64,000 nt of DNA, from IMG/VR virus record IMGVR_UViG_3300030376_004503, positions 7,895 to 71,894 of that record. One strand, given 5' to 3'. Source of the stretch: a virus. Taxonomy: Duplodnaviria > Caudoviricetes. Numbering within the stretch: position 1 is the stretch's first letter; the number at the start of each line of letters is the position of its first letter. Shown here one piece after another: positions 7,991-16,621 of the stretch. Under the pieces are notes generated by a model, which was not told the DNA's origin, made no database searches, and saw only the letters and a list, made by a program, of their open reading frames with translations. A program made the position numbers and the translations under genes.

Positions 7991-8370
7991 AGCAAGATAA
8001 TCAGGAAGCAGCAATGCCTCCAGCACAAATACTTGCTGAGCTAAATAATTATATGTCACGGCTTAAAGGGTCACGGCCAATGCTTAATGTATATCCAGCA
8101 GATAAGAAAATAAGCAAGTCACTCCGAGAAAATGCAGCAATCTGGTTTTCTAAGAGTCCAGCGATGATTACACACATTGACATTGATAACTTTTTACGGC
8201 AATTCTTTGAGGCACTTGCTGACAAGGATGTTAATCACGAAGCAATTATGACTGACGTAAAGAAGCACGCAGGTATGGGTTACAACAGCGGTGGTGTGCA
8301 CGGCAAGAATGAATACAGCAAAGACAAGAGTCGTGTAGACGGCAGAATGATACAGAGGAAGCGAAGATGA
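7987..8370 (+). CDS. Hypothetical protein
   Basis: ORF track 7975..8370; likely ATGA-overlap start at 7987. Confidence 0.7.
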   Translation: MKQDNQEAAMPPAQILAELNNYMSRLKGSRPMLNVYPADKKISKSLRENAAIWFSKSPAMITHIDIDNFLRQFFEALADKDVNHEAIMTDVKKHAGMGYNSGGVHGKNEYSKDKSRVDGRMIQRKRR

Positions 8371-8516
8371 TACCAAGCAATGAAGAAACATTTAGTATAG
8401 ACTTATTCCCCGGCAACATATATGCAATGGTTGACGGCAAGTTATGGACTGCGCCGTTGTATCAAGACGGCACTGTTGATGACGAGCAATGGGGAGAAGT
8501 AATAGAGCTAATTTAA
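8367..8516 (+). CDS. Hypothetical protein, 49 aa
   Basis: Manual ORF MIPSNEETFSIDLFPG...GEVIELI with ATGA overlap. Confidence 0.6.
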   Translation: MIPSNEETFSIDLFPGNIYAMVDGKLWTAPLYQDGTVDDEQWGEVIELI

Positions 8517-8521
8517 TTAAT

Positions 8522-8605
8522 GAACGCCGATAGGGATGAAGTGGTCGACAAAGCGGGTCTTGTTTTGCCCGTGCTCCTACGTCCGCTTTATTCCCGGCAA
8601 TGTTC
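8522..8605 (+). ncRNA. Structured RNA motif, copy 1 (outer stem, CUCCU internal loop, GCGGG hairpin with CUUGUUUU loop)
   Basis: GGGAUGAAGUGG/CCGCUUUAUUCCC outer stem and GCGGGU/GCCCGU inner stem; several G-U pairs favour the + strand; similar to 14417-14487. Confidence 0.55.
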
Positions 8606-8628
8606 GCTCAAAATACGCTGGTGTGAGT

Positions 8629-8640
8629 CTTTATATATAA
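8629..8640 (+). promoter_or_regulatory. TATA promoter of the Zn-ribbon/peptidase operon
   Basis: cTTTATATATAA upstream of the ATG at 8684. Confidence 0.65.
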
Positions 8641-8683
8641 CCAAAGACCTAAAGCAACAGTGCGAGAGCAAAGAGGAAATGTA

Positions 8684-10408
8684 ATGACAATAGAAACAGC
8701 AGAATGTGATGTATGTGGCGCTGAAGAGCAGTCAACCGACATCGAATCTACAGCAGCTTATGAGTGTGTTTGCTCAGGTTGTCGTGAGGAGATGTGGTCT
8801 TGTAACGACTGCTCAGATGAGTTCACAGCATCAGATGACCAATTCGATACGCCGAATGGCACTATATGTCACGACTGCCGTCACGGTGATGATTATTGTG
8901 ACTGTGACAATTGCGGCGAGGTTATCGCACTACAAAATGGTGACTATTACAACGACCAAGAATACAGCGGTGAGATTGTTTGCTACAATTGTGGAGACAC
9001 ATCTTGCACTGATTGCCGTGAGTGTGGTACTGACATAGATTTCTACGAAGTAGGCAGCGACCACTATTATGACGGCAGATGTGAAGAATGTTACAACAGA
9101 AATGACCAAAGTATTTGTGCTGCCACTAATTCAATGTCACGCAGCGTGACTAATATACTTACAGCAAATTCATACTCACCATTATCGGGTCACGATTATA
9201 TGTTGCTTTCCCGATATTACAATCACGCTTTAGATGATTACGAGCATAACAGGTATGTTATAAACAAAAATGCACTCGGTCCTCGCTTCAATACTGATAA
9301 GGGCGAATCTTGGTGGAATGGTCAAATCAAGCTGACGAGTCCTGTCTACAAACGCACAGCAGCAATGTTGTGCGATATGATGAAATTAGATTTATTCTTA
9401 GACCAGCATAAAAAGTATGGTCTATATCACCCATTACGGCATATTTTTAGAGGTTGCCTGAAATATTATCACCGAAGCAATGGTGAATATATAGATGGCT
9501 GTGAAGTTAGTATGGAAACGCTAGGTCAACACTACTTTGACTATGCTTTAGAACAAACTAATAAAGAAAAAATTATTAGAATGCTGAAAGATAACAAGAC
9601 TGATGACGGAGCAGACCTTAAGAGAGCACTCAATCAAGTCTTTTCCAGAGCATATCGACTTAAATTCCCACAATATACAGGAAGGACAAATGGCCGCACT
9701 GAGTGGGCAGATTATTTCCAACAATATCAAACTAATGTAGTAAGCAAGTTAGTCGATGTCCAAATTGGCTTCGATGTATCAACGTTATGGGAAAATTTCC
9801 AAGCAGGTGAAGCACTGCGTAGTTGTCAGACGCCAAGTAACAGCACTGCATATGGTTTCGGTGCTGCCGATATGATGACTAACCCACATTTGCTTGCTAT
9901 ACTGCGTGACGAACACGGCACTCTTATTGGCCGTGCAGTCATCAGACTATTCAAAGAGCAGTGGGATGACGAGCATCCTATGTGTATTGCTCCATCCAGA
10001 ATATACTTATCACAGCATTCAAATGTAAAGAATGAAGTGTATGTTGGACTATTCGAAGCACTAAATGATTGGGCAACCTCAACATTTACTGAAGGCTTCC
10101 ACTTACTTGCTTACCGTCATTCAAGACACGACAGCAGTATATTTAGTTTTATTAGATACTCAGAAAAATTCAGCAGAGATACTACTACAACACGACCAAG
10201 ACTTTACACGCTGGATTGGGTTCCATTTTGGGAGACCAAACCTGACAACAGTGAAGCGACATTTACTTATTATCAAGACGAGGACCAACGACTCAAGCTC
10301 AGCAATGTGCGTAGAGACGCAGAGGCTCCTCCATTCGTTCAATACTCAGCACGTGAGTATATAAGCGGAGAAGAATATTACATAATCGAGGTAGAAAACA
10401 ATGACTAA
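8684..10408 (+). CDS. Protein with poly-CxxC Zn-ribbon N-terminus and an uncharacterised (possibly GNAT-like) C-terminal domain
   Basis: At least 8 CxxC pairs in the first ~150 aa; C-terminal RSCQ...NPHLLAILRDEHGTLIGRAVIRLF...APSRIY; ORF track 8660, likely ATG 8684. Confidence 0.7.
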   Translation: MTIETAECDVCGAEEQSTDIESTAAYECVCSGCREEMWSCNDCSDEFTASDDQFDTPNGTICHDCRHGDDYCDCDNCGEVIALQNGDYYNDQEYSGEIVCYNCGDTSCTDCRECGTDIDFYEVGSDHYYDGRCEECYNRNDQSICAATNSMSRSVTNILTANSYSPLSGHDYMLLSRYYNHALDDYEHNRYVINKNALGPRFNTDKGESWWNGQIKLTSPVYKRTAAMLCDMMKLDLFLDQHKKYGLYHPLRHIFRGCLKYYHRSNGEYIDGCEVSMETLGQHYFDYALEQTNKEKIIRMLKDNKTDDGADLKRALNQVFSRAYRLKFPQYTGRTNGRTEWADYFQQYQTNVVSKLVDVQIGFDVSTLWENFQAGEALRSCQTPSNSTAYGFGAADMMTNPHLLAILRDEHGTLIGRAVIRLFKEQWDDEHPMCIAPSRIYLSQHSNVKNEVYVGLFEALNDWATSTFTEGFHLLAYRHSRHDSSIFSFIRYSEKFSRDTTTTRPRLYTLDWVPFWETKPDNSEATFTYYQDEDQRLKLSNVRRDAEAPPFVQYSAREYISGEEYYIIEVENND

Positions 10409-11702
10409 GAAAGAAAGCAATAAAACAGTTGCAGAAAAGCAACAAGCTAGTAAGTCAGTTGTTACCAAAATACCAGAAAATATGACAGCAATGAGTGATG
10501 TAGATTTACTCGGCTCTATGTTTTCTATTTTCAGCCCAAGCGGAGACGAACACGCTATGATTGCATACGTGACGCAATATCTCCGTGATGCTGAGATAGA
10601 ATACGAGATAGATACTGCCGGTAATATCTACTTCACAAACCACGTTGAGGGTAATCAACGTATTTTGCTGAATGCGCATATGGACACAGTAGGCAGTGCT
10701 GCTCCCGACATTCTTGTCGAGTTCCAGCCTAATGTCGGAACTGTGTTGCGCTCAACAAACAATCAGGTAATTGGTGGCGATGACAAGTGCGGTGTATTTG
10801 CTGTGTTGAAGACAATCAACAACAAAGCAATAGACATACCACTCAGCGGACTTCTGACCGTATCAGAAGAAACAGGATGCAACGGTGCTCGACACGCAAT
10901 GGAACATCACAGCGACAAGTTCAGTGATATTATATTCAATATTACCATTGACAGGAACGGCAACACCGACATCATCACACAAAATAGTGACTACAAATTG
11001 TGCTCCGATGATATGGACACACAACTTGGTGAGTGGGGTAAAGCATTTGGTCTCAAAACGTGCAACGGTTCAATATCCGATGTCAGCGAGATTGTATCAA
11101 CCCTTGACATCAACGGTATCAACTTGTTTGCTGGTTATTACAATGCACATACAGGCAACGAATATGTAGTTATGGAGCATTTACAACGTTCACTCGGATT
11201 TATGCAGCATATACTACCGTTATTACTTAACTATTTTACAGAACATCCAGAGCAAATCAAATTTGAACCAACTCGTGCAGTATATTCTTGGGCAGGTGCT
11301 TATTCTTACGAATCATATGGCGGCGTCAAGTATTATGGCACACAATCAAGTGGTTGGACTAAAGCAGATGGGTCAGATGAAGATAAACTCATTAAGTTTT
11401 ACGATATGCTTGACCGTATTGAGGGCGAAGAGGGACAATATTCAGGTCTTGATAGACTTGCCGAAGACGAAGAGATACGAGTCAGCAGTTCAGGTAAGTC
11501 CATTGTCATACCTAATGGTTTTGTTGCTTACTTTGTAGAGTGCGACATACTCGAAGATTATGTGCCGATTTTACAAAACAATTATGATGCTATAGTTAGT
11601 ATGGATGACATACAAACATATCTTGACCGCTGGAAAGTTCTTAATGATGACAGTGATTTTTATGATTACGACAGCACAGATGGAGGTTATTACGTTGCCT
11701 AA
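10401..11702 (+). CDS. M20/M28-family Zn metallopeptidase
   Basis: Metal-ligand motifs NAHMDTV, GGDDKCG, SEETG, IDR, YNAHT are all present; no signal peptide. Confidence 0.88.
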   Translation: MTKKESNKTVAEKQQASKSVVTKIPENMTAMSDVDLLGSMFSIFSPSGDEHAMIAYVTQYLRDAEIEYEIDTAGNIYFTNHVEGNQRILLNAHMDTVGSAAPDILVEFQPNVGTVLRSTNNQVIGGDDKCGVFAVLKTINNKAIDIPLSGLLTVSEETGCNGARHAMEHHSDKFSDIIFNITIDRNGNTDIITQNSDYKLCSDDMDTQLGEWGKAFGLKTCNGSISDVSEIVSTLDINGINLFAGYYNAHTGNEYVVMEHLQRSLGFMQHILPLLLNYFTEHPEQIKFEPTRAVYSWAGAYSYESYGGVKYYGTQSSGWTKADGSDEDKLIKFYDMLDRIEGEEGQYSGLDRLAEDEEIRVSSSGKSIVIPNGFVAYFVECDILEDYVPILQNNYDAIVSMDDIQTYLDRWKVLNDDSDFYDYDSTDGGYYVA

Positions 11703-12045
11703 GAAACACGGCGCAAATGTTAAAGTAACTTGCCCTGAATGTAAAGAAGCATCAGAAGGTAAACTAAGGTTTAGAGCAGAGAATAAAAACTCTTTTGATG
11801 CATATCATTGTTCGCTGTGTCAGAATGAATGGGACCCAAGCGAAGTTATTACTGAAGAGTATAAGATTGCTCGGTTTAGGGGTCGTGATGGTGAATGGAA
11901 ATTCGTGTCGCATAGTGAAAGCAACACACGAAAGATGAGAGAAAACACAAATATGTGGAACCCCAGAGCGTTAAAGAGAGATAGAAATTCTGTAGGTAGA
12001 TGGAGCAAAAGGGATGCAAATCTATTAAAGAGGTTGAGAAAGTGA
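11695..12045 (+). CDS. Zn-ribbon protein
   Basis: GGAGGT SD then TTG at 11695; CPEC...CSLC; basic C-terminus. Confidence 0.7.
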   Translation: MPKKHGANVKVTCPECKEASEGKLRFRAENKNSFDAYHCSLCQNEWDPSEVITEEYKIARFRGRDGEWKFVSHSESNTRKMRENTNMWNPRALKRDRNSVGRWSKRDANLLKRLRK

Positions 12046-12221
12046 GACGCCGGAAAAAAGTGTCAGAGATTGACAAAGACCTTATCAGAGCATATTACGA
12101 TGACAGTAAATATTGGCGGAAACGTCTGCTGAAGAATAAAAATCCGAGAGGAACAGGACACAGCACTTACAAAGAACTAAAAAAGAAAGGAGAGCAAGAT
12201 GCAGATATACAGACTGAATAA
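12000..12221 (+). CDS. Small basic hypothetical protein
   Basis: ORF track; real start probably near 12042. Confidence 0.5.
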   Translation: MEQKGCKSIKEVEKVRRRKKVSEIDKDLIRAYYDDSKYWRKRLLKNKNPRGTGHSTYKELKKKGEQDADIQTE

Positions 12222-12972
12222 AGAAATGATGGCTTCGATGGACACAATGACCGACTTAATTGTCGGCGACAGTGACGAGACACACCCAACCCTATCGTTC
12301 GCTCTAAGAGAATGGCGTGATAGGTACACAAGATACGACTTAATGAAGAGCGTTCATCAGATAGGTCGTGCTATGTATGACTCGCTGAAAAGTAACCACT
12401 TTCAACAAGCACACGGGTTCGGTATATTGTATCGTAAGAAGGGTAACAATTATGTGTGGCGTGGTAAACACGTTCCACCACAGCTTGTTACGAGGTTAAA
12501 GAATGGCTTTGACGAAATTACAGGTGACATTATGTTATACAAACGGGGAGCATCAACACGCAAGAATGAAGAGCATTTTCCTATCAGATTATCTGACGGC
12601 CGTTATGCCTTTGTGTTAGGTGCTACTCAACATATAATTATAGAAGCATACAACAGACACGGAATTAGTTTGTCCAGCGAAGAGTATGACCTTGTGTTTA
12701 ACTTGTGGGCTCAAGAGCATTTATTAGATTACGATAGATTACCACCAGCAAGAATGACTAACCCATTCAAGAATAGAGCGCAATTAGTGTGGTTGATGGA
12801 GAACTACATTAATGATAATGATTATGGCAGCGCATATGATGACCACAGAAGTGATGTTGGTCCACGTGCTGCATACTGCGTATGGGAAAATGGTAACACA
12901 ATCCGTTGGGTAAACGCTGGGATAGATGTGCATCCAAAGGTTACAGGTAGACCAGACCCACCTGAAGCATAA
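12199..12972 (+). CDS. Hypothetical protein
   Basis: ORF track, 257 aa; AGGAG SD. Confidence 0.75.
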   Translation: MQIYRLNKEMMASMDTMTDLIVGDSDETHPTLSFALREWRDRYTRYDLMKSVHQIGRAMYDSLKSNHFQQAHGFGILYRKKGNNYVWRGKHVPPQLVTRLKNGFDEITGDIMLYKRGASTRKNEEHFPIRLSDGRYAFVLGATQHIIIEAYNRHGISLSSEEYDLVFNLWAQEHLLDYDRLPPARMTNPFKNRAQLVWLMENYINDNDYGSAYDDHRSDVGPRAAYCVWENGNTIRWVNAGIDVHPKVTGRPDPPEA

Positions 12973-12981
12973 GATTTAAAT

Positions 12982-13251
12982 ATGAAAGAATACAGTATAA
13001 ATGATATGAACGAAGCAGAAAAAAAACTATTTGCGTTGTTTGTGGCTGAGTTGATGAAGAATAATATCATCACAGATGATGACTTGCTGGACTTTAGTTC
13101 AGACGACATCGGAGAATATGTCAAAGAAGACAGAAGCGGTATGATAGAGGTTGGTCCTGTGACTTACGACCCACGTAAGGCTGACCCACCGAGTGTCATA
13201 AGAGAAAATGTATTGGAGAAAAAGAATGAGCGAAAAAGAGAAAAAGACTAA
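12982..13251 (+). CDS. Hypothetical protein
   Basis: ORF track. Confidence 0.65.
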   Translation: MKEYSINDMNEAEKKLFALFVAELMKNNIITDDDLLDFSSDDIGEYVKEDRSGMIEVGPVTYDPRKADPPSVIRENVLEKKNERKREKD

Positions 13252-13540
13252 GAAAGTAAACATAAACAATACTGCACAGTTTATAGATGCAGTTTGTGAA
13301 GCAATAAAGAACAAGGACTATGACGTTCTTGAAAACTTGCCTGACCTATGTGGTTGTGGATGTAAGCAGGATATGATAGATTCTATTACTATTAATGAGA
13401 AATTAGATACTATATGCGACCCTGAACCACTCAGCGGGTATACATTATTAGATGAGATTGAGTTTACATTATATTCAGCACAATCAGAACTGAATAGATT
13501 ACAAAAGTTAATCTTTAAATATAGGGACAACAATAAATAA
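13226..13540 (+). CDS. Hypothetical protein
   Basis: ORF track 13208..13540; likely ATG 13226 after GGAG. Confidence 0.65.
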   Translation: MSEKEKKTKKVNINNTAQFIDAVCEAIKNKDYDVLENLPDLCGCGCKQDMIDSITINEKLDTICDPEPLSGYTLLDEIEFTLYSAQSELNRLQKLIFKYRDNNK

Positions 13541-13665
13541 GATTATGTCAGCAGATTATAGTGACGAACCATCGTGCACACGGCGAGGAACAGGTTGGAT
13601 AGACTTTTCTACTTTGAAAAGAAAACCTAAAAAGCGTGTGAAAATAAAAAAGAGGAAATATAAAA

Positions 13666-13749
13666 ATGAAATGCGTAAGATGTAAGAATCAATACATAGG
13701 AATGAAGCAACACCACACGTTTAACTGCCCTCATTGTGGAGATAAATAA
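13666..13749 (+). CDS. 27-aa CPxCG-type Zn-finger microprotein
   Basis: Manual ORF MKCVRCKNQYIGMKQHHTFNCPHCGDK with GAGG SD. Confidence 0.65.
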   Translation: MKCVRCKNQYIGMKQHHTFNCPHCGDK

Positions 13750-13861
13750 TGGTAAAACATATAGATTATTGGAAGCATAGAGGACACGTTATCCCACGAC
13801 ATATCAAAGAAGCATATGAAACGATAGCAGAGTGGGAGAAAGCGCAAGGGTATATGAATAA

Positions 13862-14056
13862 ATGATTAAACAGAGAGAATGTAGTGCTTGTGAGAAAGAC
13901 TTTACTTCTTATGGTGGCGTTATTTACTGTGATAGCTGTAGATGGGATTTACATTACAGTAGGAATTGGTATAAACGAGATTACACTAAAGAAGAGTGGA
14001 TGAACGAGCAGAGAAGACACAGAGTAATAGGGTATAGAGGAAGATTTATTGAATGA
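13862..14056 (+). CDS. Zn-finger protein
   Basis: CSAC...CDSC. Confidence 0.65.
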   Translation: MIKQRECSACEKDFTSYGGVIYCDSCRWDLHYSRNWYKRDYTKEEWMNEQRRHRVIGYRGRFIE

Positions 14057-14379
14057 AAAAGAAAATTGGACTTCAAAAAATTATAGATGAAATGCAATTT
14101 TTTAAGCTCCCGTTATGGGAAGTGAAACGAAAGGAAAGAAAAAAAATGACAAAAGCAAAAAATATAGAATATAAAAATGGAATGAAGTTTAGTTGTGGAC
14201 CACCGAGAGTTTCCGGCGGTTATGAGAAATGGAATTGGTGTAAAAAATGTGACGCTATTTATGACAAAAGCCATAAGATGTGTAAAGATTGTAGACAATG
14301 TTTGAGACAATCCGCAAGAAGTAATAACAATTGGTATACTGCTGATGGAACTAAAAGAACTAAAGGAGATACACGCTGA
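14053..14379 (+). CDS. Zn-finger protein
   Basis: WCKKC...CKDCRQC. Confidence 0.6.
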   Translation: MKKKIGLQKIIDEMQFFKLPLWEVKRKERKKMTKAKNIEYKNGMKFSCGPPRVSGGYEKWNWCKKCDAIYDKSHKMCKDCRQCLRQSARSNNNWYTADGTKRTKGDTR

Positions 14380-14384
14380 TAATA

Positions 14385-14396
14385 ACCTTTATATAC
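14385..14396 (+). promoter_or_regulatory. Archaeal BRE/TATA promoter
   Basis: aaccTTTATATA. Confidence 0.7.
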
Positions 14397-14416
14397 ATTA
14401 TTGGTAATGAATCTAA

Positions 14417-14487
14417 CCGGAATAAGCACAACTGCGGGTTTTATACTTGTTTTCCCCGCTTCTCCTGTGCTTGTTCCAACCGGAGAA
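14417..14487 (+). ncRNA. Structured RNA motif, copy 2 (5' leader of the 14491 gene)
   Basis: GGAAUAAGCACA/UGUGCUUGUUCC 12-bp stem; GCGGG/CCCGC inner stem; CUUGUUUU in the loop; UUCUCC complementary to the SD GGAGAA. Confidence 0.6.
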
Positions 14488-14490
14488 TAT

Positions 14491-14841
14491 ATGACAGAAG
14501 AAATGAATGAAATAGAAGAAGAAGAAATCTTTGATGAAGAAGCTGAAGATTTATTCGATATGGCAAATGAAGAAGCAGATAATGTAGTAATTAAGAGAGA
14601 ATTAAAATATGCTACATTCGAGTATGATGAGACTGAGAAAACTATTACGATAGAAACTAAGTCTGATTCAATACCTGACCAAAATATACACGAAACAGAT
14701 GAGCAATATAAAGAGAGACTTGCTGTTCACGAACCTGCAATTAATGGTAGGATTAAATTGAATAAAGTTTATAGTTTTGCATTGTTGAGATTTGTTATAA
14801 GAATTGCACAGCGCAATTGGTTTAGGAAAGTAAAGAAATAA
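14491..14841 (+). CDS. Hypothetical protein with acidic N-terminus
   Basis: ORF track 14401..14841; likely ATG 14491 after GGAG. Confidence 0.7.
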   Translation: MTEEMNEIEEEEIFDEEAEDLFDMANEEADNVVIKRELKYATFEYDETEKTITIETKSDSIPDQNIHETDEQYKERLAVHEPAINGRIKLNKVYSFALLRFVIRIAQRNWFRKVKK

Positions 14842-14944
14842 TGCCATTAAGTCGGAGACATATAATGTTATTAGCTTTTGTCCATTTTATAATGAGATTT
14901 ATGGACAAAATATATGAGGGCGAGGATAAATGGGGTGATGCGCC

Positions 14945-15133
14945 GTGGCTAGATATACAGTAGAGTTAGACCAAGAAGATGTAGAATGCTTACCAATGAT
15001 AAGAATGGGTATGCAGCAGACAGAGAATCGTGAGTGGGACCTAGTATGTGACATATTACAGCAGATTGAAGACCAAGAGTTCCAACACCTAATAGATAGA
15101 ATGAATAAACAGCGAGGGATGACTAAAGAATGA
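14945..15133 (+). CDS. Hypothetical protein
   Basis: ORF track; GGTGA SD. Confidence 0.6.
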   Translation: MARYTVELDQEDVECLPMIRMGMQQTENREWDLVCDILQQIEDQEFQHLIDRMNKQRGMTKE

Positions 15134-15234
15134 GCGTAACTGAGTGGGATGATGAAGCGTGTCCTGCCTGTGGTCACGAGTTAATTGAAGGTTGTTGTTT
15201 GCCGTGTGGAGAGTGTTATGACCCAACCCCTTAA
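15130..15234 (+). CDS. 34-aa Zn-finger microprotein
   Basis: Manual ORF MSVTEWDDEACPACGHELIEGCCLPCGECYDPTP. Confidence 0.65.
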   Translation: MSVTEWDDEACPACGHELIEGCCLPCGECYDPTP

Positions 15235-15367
15235 AATTGTGGCGTGTAATACGTGTAGATGTAGATTATCTTTTAACCACGTAAGATATAGAGATACCGC
15301 TGGTAATCCTTATTGTTATACGTGTTATCAACGGTTAATTAAACCAGAAAGGAAAGTGTATATATGA
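15218..15367 (+). CDS. Zn-finger microprotein
   Basis: CNTC...CYTC; likely ATG 15218. Confidence 0.6.
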   Translation: MTQPLKIVACNTCRCRLSFNHVRYRDTAGNPYCYTCYQRLIKPERKVYI

Positions 15368-15406
15368 ATAAAGAAGAAGTAAGAGAAATAGAGATGGGAG
15401 ATTCAG

Positions 15407-15562
15407 ATGCGTAAAAGACATATGTTAAACCCTGAGACAGGAAGCACGATGTGTGGTATCAGAGAAGTAACCTCACAAGAAAAACGATTTATGAGGCGCG
15501 GTAATTGGAATAAACATATTACGTGTCAGAAGTGTGCAGCATTTGTGGAGCACACACATTGA
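15407..15562 (+). CDS. Zn-finger microprotein (H..C..CxxC)
   Basis: Manual ORF MRKRHMLNPETGSTMCG...ITCQKCAAFVEHTH with GGGAG SD. Confidence 0.6.
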   Translation: MRKRHMLNPETGSTMCGIREVTSQEKRFMRRGNWNKHITCQKCAAFVEHTH

Positions 15563-16443
15563 AGCCTGAGTTACTTCAGGGAGACGCTGTTGAAGTAGTG
15601 AGGACATTAGATGATAACTCTATTCAAACTGTTGTCACTTCTCCGCCTTATTGGGCGCTGAGGGACTATGGGGATGATAATCAGTTCGGAGCAGAACCTA
15701 CAGTAGAAGAATATGCTGCGAATTTAGTGAGACTATTTGAGGAAATAAAACCTAAGTTAAAAGAGGATGGAACAGTATGGTTGAATATAGGAGATAGTTA
15801 TGCCGGGTTTTCTGGAAACACAGGCGGTGCTACAGGCAGTGATAGAAGAGGAACGCGAAACACTAAGGTCAATAAAACAGGAGCTAATATCAAAGCCCGA
15901 GACCTCATTGGTGTGCCGTGGGTGGCTGCGTTTGCCCTCAGAGAAGCAGGATGGTATTTGCGTTGTGATATTGTATGGCACAAACCTAACCCCATCCCTG
16001 AAAGCGTTAGGAACAGACCGACACGGTCGCACGAATTTATATTTTTGCTGTCGAAGAATCAACAATACTACTACGATATGGATGCCATAAGAGAGCCTTT
16101 AATTAGCAAACCACCTAAGAAATATAATAAGAAAGGAGAGAGAATGATAGTAGGTGACCCAACCAAAGGAAAGAACTCAAGAGACGTGTGGACTATTGCA
16201 CCTAAAGCGATAAGAAACTCACACATTGCTGTGTTCCCACCAGAGTTACCTAAGAAATGTATACTTGCTGGCAGTAAACCCGGCGACATAGTGTTAGACC
16301 CATTTTCGGGCAGCGGAACAACTTGCAGAGTTGCTCGGGAATTAGGTAGGAAAGGAATAGGAATAGAATTGTCTGAAGATTATCATAAACTAGCAATGGA
16401 GCTAACATTTCAGGGTAATACATCATTGGAGGACTTTAGTTGA
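15559..16443 (+). CDS. N4-cytosine/N6-adenine DNA methyltransferase (beta class)
   Basis: TSPPYW catalytic motif near the N-terminus; DPFSGSGTT SAM-binding motif near the C-terminus; likely TTG start at 15559. Confidence 0.93.
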   Translation: MKPELLQGDAVEVVRTLDDNSIQTVVTSPPYWALRDYGDDNQFGAEPTVEEYAANLVRLFEEIKPKLKEDGTVWLNIGDSYAGFSGNTGGATGSDRRGTRNTKVNKTGANIKARDLIGVPWVAAFALREAGWYLRCDIVWHKPNPIPESVRNRPTRSHEFIFLLSKNQQYYYDMDAIREPLISKPPKKYNKKGERMIVGDPTKGKNSRDVWTIAPKAIRNSHIAVFPPELPKKCILAGSKPGDIVLDPFSGSGTTCRVARELGRKGIGIELSEDYHKLAMELTFQGNTSLEDFS

Positions 16444-16523
16444 TGTATTTTTCTAATCGTGAATGGGCGATAATACTTTACGCTACAATAGTAATACTTA
16501 CACTATGGTGGAATTCATTATGA
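16443..16523 (+). CDS. 26-aa single-TM micropeptide
   Basis: Manual ORF MYFSNREWAIILYATIVILTLWWNSL. Confidence 0.55.
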   Translation: MYFSNREWAIILYATIVILTLWWNSL

Positions 16524-16621
16524 GTATAACAGAATGGGTAATAATAATAAGTGTTCTTGACGGCCCTATTCTTGGTTTATTATATATAATATATAAGAAG
16601 GTGAAATATGAAAGCAAATAA
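16520..16621 (+). CDS. 33-aa single-TM micropeptide
   Basis: Manual ORF MSITEWVIIISVLDGPILGLLYIIYKKVKYESK with ATGA overlap. Confidence 0.55.
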   Translation: MSITEWVIIISVLDGPILGLLYIIYKKVKYESK

